A DNA stretch of 63,721 nucleotides, filler included, from Phoronis australis (Eukaryota > Animalia > Phoronida), in assembly GCA_002633005.1 (NCBI GenBank). It is 10 parts of 10 records of this genome, joined end to end, with 100 filler letters (N's around TTAATTAATTAA, not from the genome) between each part and the next. Parts side by side here need not be neighbours in the genome. Positions count along the whole stretch, not along the records: positions 48,581 to 53,157 come from NMRA01000176.1; positions 53,258 to 55,979 come from NMRA01003469.1; positions 56,080 to 58,426 come from NMRA01003724.1; positions 58,527 to 61,871 come from NMRA01003080.1; positions 61,972 to 63,721 come from NMRA01000876.1; 5 more parts are not named here. One strand, written 5' to 3'. The notes under the pieces are model-generated. The model had not been told where the DNA came from, did not search any database, and saw only the letters and a list, made by a program, of their open reading frames with translations. The first letter of the stretch is position 1. Each line of letters opens with the position of its first letter. Below, in pieces: positions 51,441 to 63,721 of this stretch. A program made the position numbers and the translations under genes.

Positions 51441-52345
51441 AATTCCAGACATTAATTTTACTTAGACACAGCCCTTGACCTACCGGAGATAACTATTTGC
51501 CCAGGTCGAGATGAGTGTGTACCTGAGCTATGAATCTGAATTTTTTTATCAAAATATTTTGTTACAAGATTGGAAAAGCTATCGAGTCGATCTAGTCAGA
51601 GACTATAGTGCATGTGTTGTCTGTAATCTATGACCTACTTCACTCCAGGAGTCCCACCAGTTGTGACCTACTTTTCATTTGGCGAAATTTGACAGACGAC
51701 AGAATAGAAATATCGATGAATCTTCACTGATTTTATTCGAAAGATCATGAAATCTATGAAATCGTACAGATAATTCGACTTAAAAGTACATACCCAGCTT
51801 TACATGAACATGTCGTATCAGTGGCCTTGTCATTTGTCATGTGAAGGTGGCCCCGAGGCCGAGGGGTTCTTCGGATTTTGGCTGGCTCCTCGAGCACTTA
51901 TTTTTTCATCGTCACCTTTACAAATTCCCATATCATGAACGAACGATTCACAGTTGAAAAGCATTGCCTCTTGTCTCTGCGTCCAGGAGAAAACTGACTG
52001 TTGTTTACATTTACAGCTACAATAATAATCAGTTGAGTGGTGAAGAAGTCGACATCGCAGACACTGGTGTTTTCTTGACCTTTTAATATTGACCTGTTGC
52101 TGTTCCAGTTGAATAACGACATAATTTGTTATGTCCCGGGTGCACTGCAGAAAGCTGGACATTTAGTAAAACTGACAAGTACAGCACACATCACGAATTT
52201 TTGGCCGACCGGTCGGAAATTGGTCGACGACCGGCCGTCGACCGGTCGTCTAGAAGCGTATAAGTACAGTACAATGTGGTTTGTTGAACGTGCGATTATT
52301 GCGCGTGCTCATTTAAGTATTCTATTTTCAATCTTGATGACGTCA

Positions 52346-52426
52346 GTCGCTGCGTGGTGTACTGGTAAAGTCGGCGACTAGCAATATTAGGGTCCCGGGT
52401 TCGACCCCGTCCTCGGTTTCCCACCA
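52346..52426 (+). other. tRNA-derived sequence (pseudo-tRNA or SINE head)
   Basis: A-box TGGTGTACTGG, B-box GGTTCGACCC with a paired T-stem, CT-AGC-AA anticodon-like loop and terminal CCA; poor acceptor and anticodon pairing. Confidence 0.55.
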
Positions 52427-52839
52427 AATCGTTATCTCACTAGTGAGATAACTTTATGGGTTATTACACGGTTGTATTTGCCATTTGACGCTAATATTGC
52501 GGTATAAAACAGCTTCTACTACAAAAGAAACAGAAATTTTATTTGCGACTTTGTAAGGTGAAACTGTGTCAAATTTCAATGTTCTCCAGTTTGCATCAAA
52601 ATAATGAAAACTAAATTGAAAATACAACAAAAAAGAAATTGAATCCATTCCCTTCCTATGTTAAGACTGAGTTTCATTAAATTCATCTGATAACATGCAA
52701 GTCCATCAGCCATAAGCACACAGATCGAATCCTCTGCAAGAATCAATGAAACACCCGCATCATGAATTTGAATAATTCACTAGTTTGTTCAATCCACTGA
52801 GTATTCATTATGATAGGCTATTTAACCTTGATACCTTAC

Positions 52840-52913
52840 CTCATGGTCCAGTACACCACCAGGGCAGTCGGTCATGAAACCTCGGTACCAGCAACTGATC
52901 TCTTTCCTGGTGA
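52840..52913 (-). CDS. Exon of a neuronal calcium sensor (NCS/recoverin/KChIP family) EF-hand protein
   Basis: TTGCAG acceptor and GTAAGG donor; (F)TRKEISCWYRGFMTDCPGGVLDHE matches the family EF1 signature FTxxE..WYKGFxxDCPSG. Confidence 0.8.
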
Positions 52914-53257
52914 CTGCAAGAAAGAGAATCAACTTCCCATAATGCACTACAGTCAGTAAATAAGGAGAATCAACTTCCCATACTGCACTACAGTCACTCA
53001 ATGAGACGTGTAACCATAGTGCATGGATGCAATACTAAGTGTACTACAGCGGTATTTATTTAAGAGGCTGTGAAACAAATTCTCATCAAACAATTTGTTT
53101 AAAGTCCCGTTTCGACATTAACTTTTGACATGGCGCAACTCACATGGCGCAAGATGGNNNNNNNNNNNNNNNNNNNNNNNNNNNNNNNNNNNNNNNNNNN
53201 NTTAATTAATTAANNNNNNNNNNNNNNNNNNNNNNNNNNNNNNNNNNNNNNNNNNNN

Positions 53258-54245
53258 TCTATGGCTGTATCTCCTAAGCCGTTTGCAGGATCTTTACGAA
53301 ATTTAATAAGTGTATTTATATGATGTTAACAACAGACGATGACGACTTTTGGACAGATCCGCCTACCAGTGTGCCCCCTAGTGGCAATTTTATTTTTTTA
53401 CGTTTACCTCTGTATGTTCACAAGTCCTTAACGGATTTTCATGAAATTTGGTATGTAGGCACCTATTAGTGCGATGACGCTATCCTCCTGTTTTCGGATG
53501 GATTCGACCTAGTTTGTGACACCCAGTGGCCATTTTTACTGTTTTTGAGTGATGTTGACTACGGATGATGACGACTTTCAGACAGATCTGACTACTGCTG
53601 TGCCCCCTGGTGTCAATTTTAGTTTTTTACGTTTAACTCAATATATTCAAAAATCCTCAACAAATTTTCATAAAATTTAAAATATAGGTATCTATTGGTG
53701 TGATGATGCTATCTTCCTGTTTGTGGATTGAATCTAAGGTATTTTGCAGCACCTAGCAGCCACTTTTGCTGTTTTCAAATCTTATTTTTGGTATCCATCC
53801 CTGTATCAACCAAATCATTTGAAAATTGGCATATATGCTCTCAGTGCGAAGACGACCTTTGATGACGGTGACTGATTACTGTGGCGCCTCCTAGTGGTAG
53901 TTTTGTTTTTGCGCCCATAGTTGTATCTCTCAAACCCACTGCAGGATCTTTACTAAATTTAGTAAGTGTATTTATATGAAGATAACAACAGACGACGACC
54001 ACTTTCAGGCGGATTCAACGAACACTGTGCCCACTAGTGGCAATTTCATTTTATTCTGTTTTCCTTTGTTTCTCTGAAGTTCCTTGACAGATTTTTATGA
54101 AATATGGCATGTTCCTGTTTTTGGATGGATTGTATGATTTTGCGCCATCTAGTTTCCATTTTTATGATACAAATAAACAACCCTAAAAGCACACCATTTG
54201 CAGTGCATTCATGGGCGCATTTCAACGCTCCGCGTTGCTCTTGTT
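53258..54245 (-). mobile_element. HINE/pearl-like element, second copy (truncated by contig end)
   Basis: Reverse complement begins AACAAGAGCAACGCGGAGCGTTGAAATGCGCCCA, as at 25810; same subrepeats. Confidence 0.65.
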
Positions 54246-54819
54246 TTTATTTTAATAAACCACTGCTTGTGCAGTTTTGCAGTTTAGGTAATTTGGCTAA
54301 ACGGAGAAGTTGCAGCAACGTTAAACACCTGGAATAAACCACACTTTGTTCCAACTTGATTTTACTTTTTATGTTAATGCCTATGTTTTGTTATAATTTA
54401 GATTTATTGTGCAAAGCCTTGGCAAAGTGAGATAAGTCGAGTTAAATCACTCAAATTTAGGCCCGTGAAGTTGCCATTTCGTGCCATATTGCGTCACCGT
54501 GAGATCCTAGCACAAACAACAAAAGGCTGATAGCAGTTGTATTGAATAGGAGTCTGAATAGAACACCATTTTCTGTGGGTGTCGTTTGTAGGTGATTCTC
54601 GTGGTGAAGTAGACAAAAGTAAGCCAATAAGCCAAATAATCATTGCATTTTTCAATTTATGGCACTGGTGGGCTCAGAGCAATGGCGTTACCACACTGTA
54701 GGAACGAAATATATTGTTCAAGATAAGCTTTAAGGTGTCACTGACATGCCATATAAAGTTACACTGGCGCACCAACTTTAAGTACACGTACATGAACTAA
54801 GCTGTGGTTTCGCTGGCAG

Positions 54820-55820
54820 GTTATCCAGTCATGTTGAAGGCGTCAGCTGGAGGTGGCGGTAAAGGTNTGAAGGCGTCAGCTGGAGGTGGCGGTAAAGGTA
54901 TGAGAATAGCCTGGAATGACGAGGAGACAAAGTGAGTACTGGGGTGTACTTGGGCATTGTGGTGTCAGCTCGAGGTGCGCTGAATGTGTTTATAGAGACC
55001 CGAGGGAAATCTGCCGAAGCAAACCCAATAAATTAATTTTTTTGCACTTGTAGTTTAGTAAATTCCGTTTTGTTTTTTCCAAAAACCAGTCGTACTTTCT
55101 GTCAGTACCAACTTGGTGAATCCTGTCTTTGACGGCCGAAGTTTTCAGTTGTTTCCAAGCCCAAAAATTACTTCTAGTCAGAGTTACGAACATGTTAGGA
55201 TTTGTGTTCCAGTGACGAGCGGTTAAATTCAAGAGTTAATGATTCTGATGTTGGAAATAACTGCTGGACTTTAAAACAACAAAGCTAGTGAGAAGTTATA
55301 TGGTAAGATGACCGATTCGAAGTTAATTTGGTGTGAAACAATTTTAAACAAGGCATTGGAAATCCTAGCATCTTACATTCTTCTTAGGGGAGTGTTCAAA
55401 CTATTTTTCTGTTGTAGGTCTGCTTTCCGTTTCTCATCGGAAGAAGCTAAATCCAGTTTTGGCGATGACAGGTTGCTTATCGAAAAGTTTGTCGATAATC
55501 CAAGACACATTGAAATCCAGGTAATGTAATAGTTGTCTTCTTATCAGATAGGTTGGTTTTTATGTTTGCAAAATCGCAGTTAACCTTCCCCTGTTGTATT
55601 TAAATTAAATTTGTTTGGACATTTTTGACAATTCACTAGATTTATCAAGGGATGTTTGATCAATTTAAGTGTTTTTCTGAACATTTCGATTACTACTCAT
55701 GACTGTTTAAAATCCTTCTCAACAGGTGCTTTGTGACAAGCATGGCAATGCTATATACCTAAATGAAAGGGAGTGTTCAATTCAAAGGAGAAATCAAAAA
55801 GTTATTGAAGAAGCGCCAAG
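54820..55820 (+). CDS. PCCA: Propionyl-CoA carboxylase alpha chain, three exons of the biotin carboxylase ATP-grasp domain
   Basis: Exons 54820-54931 ([25 protein letters not shown]), 55418-55520 ([34 protein letters not shown]) and 55726-55820 ([31 protein letters not shown]); GT-AG and in phase. [14 protein letters not shown] favours PCCA over MCCC1 or PC. Confidence 0.92.
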
Positions 55821-58526
55821 GTGGGTCATTGTCGTTATATACCTGAGCTTCATTCATTTGGTATCACTTATTTTAATTTGTAATAAAAGTTCCAGGCATT
55901 GTAATTTGCATAAGATTGTTAGGTGTGTCCTTTCCTTGACAGTTGGTTAAACTAATTTAGATGTTAGTGATAAATATGANNNNNNNNNNNNNNNNNNNNN
56001 NNNNNNNNNNNNNNNNNNNNNNNTTAATTAATTAANNNNNNNNNNNNNNNNNNNNNNNNNNNNNNNNNNNNNNNNNNNNGGTGCACGCAGATTTTATTTG
56101 GATTTTGGACGGTTGAAGTTGGGAGCCTCGGCTTGGCAAAGTTTAAGTGTCCAACTTTTATGTTTTCTTATATATATTACTGAGTGACGTCTTTTGCGAT
56201 AAACCCAAGCGCCTGTGAATACGATGTACAAACAATGTGCAGATTATCATTATACTAATATACATTTTTCAATATAGGCTGCTTTAATATCTAGGTCATC
56301 TTATATGATTCATTTATACTAAATTATGATCTAAATCGAGCCAAGCATCTTCGAGCTACACAAAGTCGACTCGTGCTGGCGGCAGGACCTAGACTATACC
56401 GTACAGTATTCTAGTCGTATGTATAGTTGCATAGCTTATAAATCTTAGCGCTTACACTCCCTAGGGACCTACAATATACATATCAATTATAATGTAATCA
56501 CCATTTTATTGCCTGACAGATAGGACCACAAACCTGTTGTTTAGTGTTATTTCAAGTCTGACGGGTGTTCATTTAACACACAACAGAAGCGTCGGCGACC
56601 TGCTTTCAGATATTGGACACAATAGTGATCTTTTGAGAACACGTGCATTTCTCTAGATCTTAGTGGAATACACGCGTGGATAGTGCAGTTGTCACTGAAA
56701 CAATGTACGCGGAAATCCGAACGTCGATCCCGTCACACTACGTAATCCATACTACCTGACTGCGCGTCAGAACTTGAACCCTATTTTTTAAAAGGTTCGG
56801 CGATTTTTTTTTTCAAAATGTTCGCAAAATACCATGGTGACGTTCTCAAAAGAACAAGATGGCGTTCAAAATCTATGTATCTCCGAGAATGTAGCCTGCT
56901 CTGTAATTAACCTTTGTGTTATCCTGCTATAGACTGCATCAATAACCACAGGTGCTCAAGTCACCCCAGCAGTTGCTACTAGCTTTACAACGATGATTGA
57001 TTTTCTCGAAATATTACATCTTGAACACTGTTGCCAGCCTAGGTGAAAACCCATGATTTATTGATGACAAAATAGTAACAGTACAGTGGCGGATTTAGAG
57101 GGGCCAAGGGGGGCAAAATCCTGGCTAATACTCTGGCCTGCCCCCCCCCCCNCCTAGAAACCGAACTTGAATTTCAAAGTTCCGTCTGTGCAACGTGCTC
57201 TGCAAGCAAGCAGAACAACATTGTGTGACATTTGCTGAAGGAAAAGTCTGTTAAATATTCTTTGTCCGTGGTAACACAGATGGGTCGTTATTTACACCAA
57301 AATACAATTTCCTAGCGGCGACTTGTACGCGCTAAGGATATTCACTTGTTTAGTATGACGTCATTTTGAGATTTTGGACCAGGTAAAATAAAATTAATTG
57401 GCCATAATTAAAGCAATTATAATAATTAGTTCACATTTACGAAGCTTTGTAAATTATTAAGCATGTCGAAAATTATATTACCTGGCCATGGACCTGGTGA
57501 ATCCTAATTCTTCTGAACTTCCCGGGAGCATTCAATTGTAGCAACCGTTGTCTGAGCACAAAAGTAACACTTTTAAGTGCTAAATTGCCCCCTTTGGTTG
57601 CATGAATCGGTTTCCCTATGTGTGGGTCCAAATCGCGTCATATTGCTGGCAGATACGTTATCACCAAACATCCGAGTTGCGATATAAAACATTTTTCACG
57701 CATTTTATTTATCTAGCACGTACACGAGAAACAAAGGTGTTTCCGCTCAATTGATCATATTTGATTGAGAACCGTCTTTTGCACATTAGCTTTTTGATGA
57801 GTATATAAAGCTCAGCCTGATGAGCAAAATTATTCACAACAACCAAAAGGTGTCATCAAATAAAAAATATACGTGAAAATGTAAGTACATTAACTTTCAC
57901 AGAAGGAACAAACTCCGGTCATGGTTGTTGAAAGAGAGACACTGAGTCTCAGCATACTACATTTTTTGTCCTTATTTTTCCTGAAATTATGACTCTCATG
58001 TATCGCCAAAATCGTAACATAAAAGGAATATTCCAATCGCTGATCTGAAACTCCTGAAATAGGCAAATACCCCGATGACATTCAATTTGTTCTATTCCTG
58101 AATGCTCTGCATCACTGTGGTTGGTTTCATAAGTATTCTGACCGCAGTCCAGACGTAGATAGACCTCACTCACTGAGTTTATTTGGATTGGGAAAATGAA
58201 GGATTGCGGTATTCGTTTGTGACCTGGAACAACTACGTCCTGGCCCGAGGTACATTTTGCTATCTTAGGAATCACATTTTGGAAACTCTTAATTTGAGCT
58301 CGTAGTTAAGTCCAACACTTATCCAAAGCATGCGCGCACCCAGCCTTCAATATGGGGGGCTCCTGACATTGTGGACCTTTTGGTAACAAAAAAGCGGGCG
58401 GACTAAAAAAAACAAAAAAAAAACTGNNNNNNNNNNNNNNNNNNNNNNNNNNNNNNNNNNNNNNNNNNNNTTAATTAATTAANNNNNNNNNNNNNNNNNN
58501 NNNNNNNNNNNNNNNNNNNNNNNNNN

Positions 58527-58670
58527 TGTGTTGCAACATTATGCCTGGTCATCCCCATTGGTCCAACTGGTTGTGTTGCAACATTATGCCTGGTTATCCC
58601 CATTGGTCCAACTGGTTGTGTTGCAACATTATGCCAGGTCATCCCTATTGGTCCAACTGGTTGTGTTGCA
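58527..58670. repeat. 45-bp minisatellite (3+ copies)
   Basis: TGTGTTGCAACATTATGCC..CCATTGGTCCAACTGGT repeated. Confidence 0.95.
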
Positions 58671-59294
58671 CACGGCTTCTTCTGCTGCATCTCCTGTAAC
58701 TTCAGGAAATTTTGTAGACATGTTGCTTTCATAGGCTGGGTACCATGGGTGAAATTTCGCACAAATGCAACTACTGTCCTGCTCCAGGTGGCATTTTTTT
58801 GTACTTTTGTCTCTATCTTCCGATTTTTATGGAAGTTGGCAAATACTATTCTTTAAATGAAGGGGCAACACTTTTGTTTTCAGAAAGATTCGATTTATGC
58901 CGCGTCATCTGGTGATCCTTTTCACTGGCTTTGCGTCTCTGGCCGCCAATCCTTTCAAAGAAGTGAAATTGTGAGATTTGTTCCTACATGTACTGGACTG
59001 AGAAGAGCAGGGTTGACGTGAAGTTATTAGCCTTTAGAGATATAAAACAATTCATTACGAATGCCTTAGTATCGGACATTCGCTGTAATTGTGGCATTTT
59101 AAAAGCCAGCGTAGACGGAGATCTACGGGTTTTGAATACACATGAGGCCCAGGCTATAGCTCACGTCTGCGGGATGAGGATTTTGCGAACTCGCGAGGTG
59201 AATATCTGGCTTATTGGATTTCTTTCACTTGGCGAAAGTAAGCCTTCACATCATGCGAGCATGTTAAGATACGTGTAAGCCCTTGCCCGATTGA

Positions 59295-61047
59295 TAAGTA
59301 AGTAAGTCAGTAAGTAATTTTTTATTATAGTGACATGCGTTTAAATGAACTTAAACAATGAATACGTAACAAAGACTAGGAACACCCAGCTCACCACGGG
59401 GCTTTTAAGTCACTTTAGATACATGATACAAAAAAGAAAAGACAAGTGTGACACGCATTGCAAGAGGACCAGAAAGAGAAGGCCGAGATAAAAGTGATTA
59501 TGAATAAATATAATTTTTCCTTACTTCAAAAATATTTTTGATGAAAACTGAAGTTTTTCTAATAACATCTTTTTGCATGATTGTAATTAGTTTACTTTCA
59601 CAGCTTTCTGAACGGAATCGTGGATATTTAATCTCAACTTGACGGTAAAAGGTGTTTCTGGCATCTAAGAAAAACGGACACTCAAACAGAAAATGTAGTT
59701 CAGTTTCGACCTGACCAGTGTGACAAAGACAGCAAATTCTGTCATCAAAATCTAGAGAACGAAAACGCCCAACCTCAACCAATAGCTGTAGGGTTCCGGT
59801 TCTAATTGGAGTAAGAATTTACCTACTATGGCCGAGTTAAGTCTAAATGCACGTAAGGCTCAACTTCAAAGACATTCTTCATCAAAACGTAGGTTCTTGT
59901 TTCAAACAACCACCTATTACAGGCTAAATCATGCAAAATATTCTTACAGTGAGACAGATTAACTGAACGTAAGTTATGAAAACGATCCGAAATCCCTAAT
60001 TCTTCAAAAATGCTCAAGACTTCAGAAGACCAATCATTAGTACAAGTAGTGTAGTCCCATCAAAATATTCGGTATGTTAGTCTATCATCCTCGAAATTAA
60101 TATTACGATTCCACATTCTCAAAAGCTCAATTTTCCGCCTAACACTGGGGAATTCCCACCCCATGTCACCCATAACAGCATGATTAGGAGCGAACTTGTG
60201 AACGCCCAAGAAAAATCGCGCGGCTCTATATCTGAATGACATCATAATCCTGAAGACTAGAGCCGCCCCAGACACCTACACAATAATCTCTAACAGGCAG
60301 AACACAAGCATTGAATAATGTAGTGAACGTTCTGTACCCCATATATTTATTCTTTTTAGATTTATTAATTAAAGCGCCCAAAGCTCTTCCGGCAGATTCG
60401 GATAGAGTTTTAGCAGTTTCAGAAAACTTCAAATGTTCATTTAAAATTATTCCTAAATATTTATATTTCAGTACATATTCTAGATCTAGTCGACCCAACC
60501 GAAATGGATATTAACTACGAGAGACATGCTTGGATCTGAAGTGAATAACATTAGTTTTTTCCTGATTGACAATTAGCCTCCATTTAGAGCACCATTTATC
60601 AACTATATTCAATAAACCCTGTAAATTTTCTTCGCTCTCGGCAAGTACCACTATATCATCAGCATAAAACAAAGATGAAACATTATCAGCACCGATAGGA
60701 ATTCCTAAACTTGACTGTTTTAATTCCTTTGCCAAATCATTTATTAATAGTGCAAAAAGAGTAGGTGATAAAACATCTCCCTGTTTGACCCCACAAGATG
60801 TATAAAACCAGTCCGTAAAGGTATTATTAATCTTAACACAGGATTGAGTTTTGGCATAAATATTTTTAACCGATTCATAAAATTTTNCCAACTATCATAA
60901 GATCCAACATTTTAAAAAGTAAACTATTTCTATCTACCCAGTCAAAAGCTTTTTGCATATCAATAAAAGTAGCAAATGTGGATTGTTTGTTATTCAAACG
61001 ATTACGTATAATTGAGGTCAAAACAAGGACTTAATCAACACATGCTT
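59295..61047 (-). mobile_element. 5'-truncated, disrupted LINE (CR1/L2-group-like) ORF2
   Basis: FIDMQKAFDWV, GVKQGDVLSPTLF, LFYADDIV, KYKYLGI and C-terminal RICCLC..ETELHFLFECP; multiple stops and frameshifts; AATAAA plus (TTAC)n tail at 59295-59325. Confidence 0.92.
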
Positions 61048-61084
61048 GTATTTAAAATAGAGTTTCTGTTTTTTCATTGTCACT

Positions 61085-61350
61085 CAGATTTCATTTTCTT
61101 TAAAAAATGAAGTAATTTTCTTCATTGCACAGTGAAGCAGACGACGGAAATGGAGTCGTAGTGTGCAGCGCCACTGCCGGTCGACACGATTGACACTTGA
61201 AATTGGATCTAAGCCCCCCCAACACACTAAGACTGCACACATTTAAATCTTGTTTCAGACGTATAATGTGAATTACCGGGGTTAATTTATAAACTCAACA
61301 TTTCCCTACGCTCTTGCTGTTTTATTTTTTGCGACAGCCAAGGGGGGTGG
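61085..61350 (+). mobile_element. Fragment of the 16795-17768 element family
   Basis: Near-identical to 17446-17730. Confidence 0.7.
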
Positions 61351-63721
61351 GGGGACGGGCGAAAACTGCTGAAGATAGAAATGGAGGCGTTAGGCCTATG
61401 ACAGTGAAATATCCAATAATGAACTAAGCCTACCAAAAATCTTGCTTTTTATCGTAGTTCAAGTGGGCTACCCCGGCGACTGATAGCCAATGAGATAGTA
61501 ATTCTAGCTAGTGTGATATAGCTCTAGCTGAGCCGGTTTCTGAGCGGCTGACTAAAAACAGCAGTTTATGGAAAATTTACTGCAAAATTTTGTTCTGACT
61601 GAAGTACATCTTTTTGTATGGCTTCTCTCTTTTGTCGTGGATAAAGCTTTCGTTTGCAGACCCGGCAAGATGAATTCCGAATAGCAATATTCATTAGGCC
61701 CACTGAAACCAATGATGATCTGACCTTATTCATGCAGGCCCTCAATGACCTGTATATGCCCACAGTTGCTGAGACACGATTGACTCGAGTTTCCTATTTT
61801 AATAAAATGCTGACAGCCAGGTTGACTGGGTATTTCAAAATCTGTGCAGTGGCGGATCTACGGGGGGGTTCNNNNNNNNNNNNNNNNNNNNNNNNNNNNN
61901 NNNNNNNNNNNNNNNTTAATTAATTAANNNNNNNNNNNNNNNNNNNNNNNNNNNNNNNNNNNNNNNNNNNNGGTCCTATCATTGTTTTCCTTTGTTGTGT
62001 CATTGTTGGATATAACAACACAGGTCGCCTGAATATAGAACCTTGCGTACGTCAGACCGTTGCCGATAAGTGCTCGTCATTATATCTTTATTATAACAAC
62101 GAAGATGCTAATCTACATGTATTGTTCTCTATGCGACCAGGTTTCTCGTGGATGACCACAGAAGAGGAATCCCAAAGTATCCACAAACAATGGCCACGCA
62201 CCTTAGTAACTATTACCGCGCACACGAATCCTTTCCGTGGAACCTAAACACCAAATTTTTATATCTGTGTATTGTGTTGTATTGCTCATGGTACGGGTTC
62301 AGACTCTGTTGTATTAAGATTCCAATCCCCAACCCTGTAATATGTACTTTGAGTAAAATTTCTAGACAATGAAATCTTGTGGATTTATTCTCCTTTAAAT
62401 GAAGAGTAAAAACCAAATTCTGCACAGGTTTTTTAAAAGTAATCACTTACTGGAAGATGACACATCTAAAAAATAAAACAATGTTTGACAATTCTATTCA
62501 TTATCTTATTTGAAAATTGCCTACCTCACAGACAACTCACCTAAGTTGAAAATATTCCTTGTGAAAAAATATAAAATACCAACCAGAGACTTGTGTACTA
62601 CAAAATATGTTTTCGTAATACAATGCAAAGATAACTGTACAGTCAAAAGTGCAAATATTATGACTCTAATAAAAAATTGCCTTCTAGATCTTTTCAACAC
62701 TCTAATTGCTACAGGACAGAGTCAACCACACAAAACCCATAAAGCCAGGGAATTACATTTAAGGTGATGTAGTCTCACTGCGAAAAAGTGATTTCGCAAT
62801 ATCGCTGACAACACTGGAAATCTCTTCTTCACAATCTTGAGGTAGCTGTATTTACTACATCAATGATCTTATCAAAACTAACCACCACAAAATGAAAAAT
62901 TGGCTTGTCGGTTCCAATTAGGCAGCATTTTACAATGAAATGGTCATGAAAAAATACTTTTGCAACATGGTTTTCATTACAATTGCCCTACGATTACAGT
63001 TGTACATAAATACTAGACCAGAAACAAAATTACCCATGGGAACCGTAAAATGGTCAATTCGCCAAAAAAACAAGGAACCACCAGAGCTAATGTGCCAATA
63101 CTTTTCAGTCCTGCAACAAAAATCATTTGAAGTGGACATAAACTCGCCTAAAATCACATAAAACAACTTTTGATTTAGACATTTTTCCATCGCGAAATAG
63201 GTATTACTTCTAGGTCACGTTTGAGCAATTTCAGAACTTTGAAAGATCTGGCAATATGCAATTGCTAGAGACCAGACTAATAGTGTGTGATTTTATACAC
63301 ACAGCATGGTCTCGAGGAATAGCAAACTGTCAATTCGCTATAATTCCAGAAATCACTTCCCACCTGGATAAGGAACAAACTGAGCAAAGTTTATAGAGGT
63401 AAATGGTCTAAATCAAAACTTATTACCTCCTGGACAGAATATGGGTTTACAACCTAGGTAGAAAGATAAGTTAACAAAACCAGCCTAACTGCAACAGGGT
63501 ATCAAATTTCAGTAATATATACCCATTTACAAACAAAAATCTATAATGGTAAATAAAATGCGGAAACATAAATTCAGATCAATTATGGATCTTCAAGGAA
63601 AAGGAACGGTACAGTGGTCAGAAATCATCTGAATGTGATGGCCATACTGAGAAATCCTGTCAGACCAAAAAATCCAGTGGCTAAACAAAATGAACAATGT
63701 ACCATTACCATGTGGCCCAGG

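Noticed and set aside
40666-55820. CMTR1-NCS-PCCA gene neighbourhood
   Set aside because: The three lie on separate linker-joined contigs.
57817-57880. CTGATGAG hammerhead core
   Set aside because: No properly placed stem II/GAAA or stem I partner.
57949-58275. 108-aa minus-strand ORF
   Set aside because: No recognisable motif or consistent splice pair.
61972-63721. Short ORFs in the last contig
   Set aside because: No homology or splice evidence; probably intronic or intergenic.

Overview
AT-rich, intron- and repeat-rich animal (probably invertebrate) genomic DNA, not prokaryotic. The window is a concatenation of about 10 contigs joined by an artificial 100-nt linker (N44-TTAATTAATTAA-N44, stops in all six frames), plus one ordinary N gap, so neighbourhood across linkers is meaningless. 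Recognisable host-gene fragments: two CMTR1 exons (minus), three PCCA exons (plus) and one neuronal-calcium-sensor (NCS/recoverin family) exon (minus). The largest contig (5406-37055) carries (i) a duplicated 7-exon orphan helical/coiled-coil gene, with copy A intact (225 aa) and copy B showing a lost splice donor and a frameshift; (ii) an intact 389-aa Thr-rich mucin-stalk type-I membrane ORF and a broken paralog; and (iii) several decayed plus-strand LRR-like tracts, some with signal-peptide mini-exons. Together these suggest a birth-and-death array of LRR + mucin stalk + TM receptors (GPIb-alpha/VLR-like architecture), which is my main inference. The rest is transposon debris (a LINE RT, Penelope remnants with hammerhead-like motifs, a Kolobok-like element, HINE/pearl-like elements, many MITEs, tRNA-derived heads) and micro/minisatellites. 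All family assignments are by eye; no database search was run.
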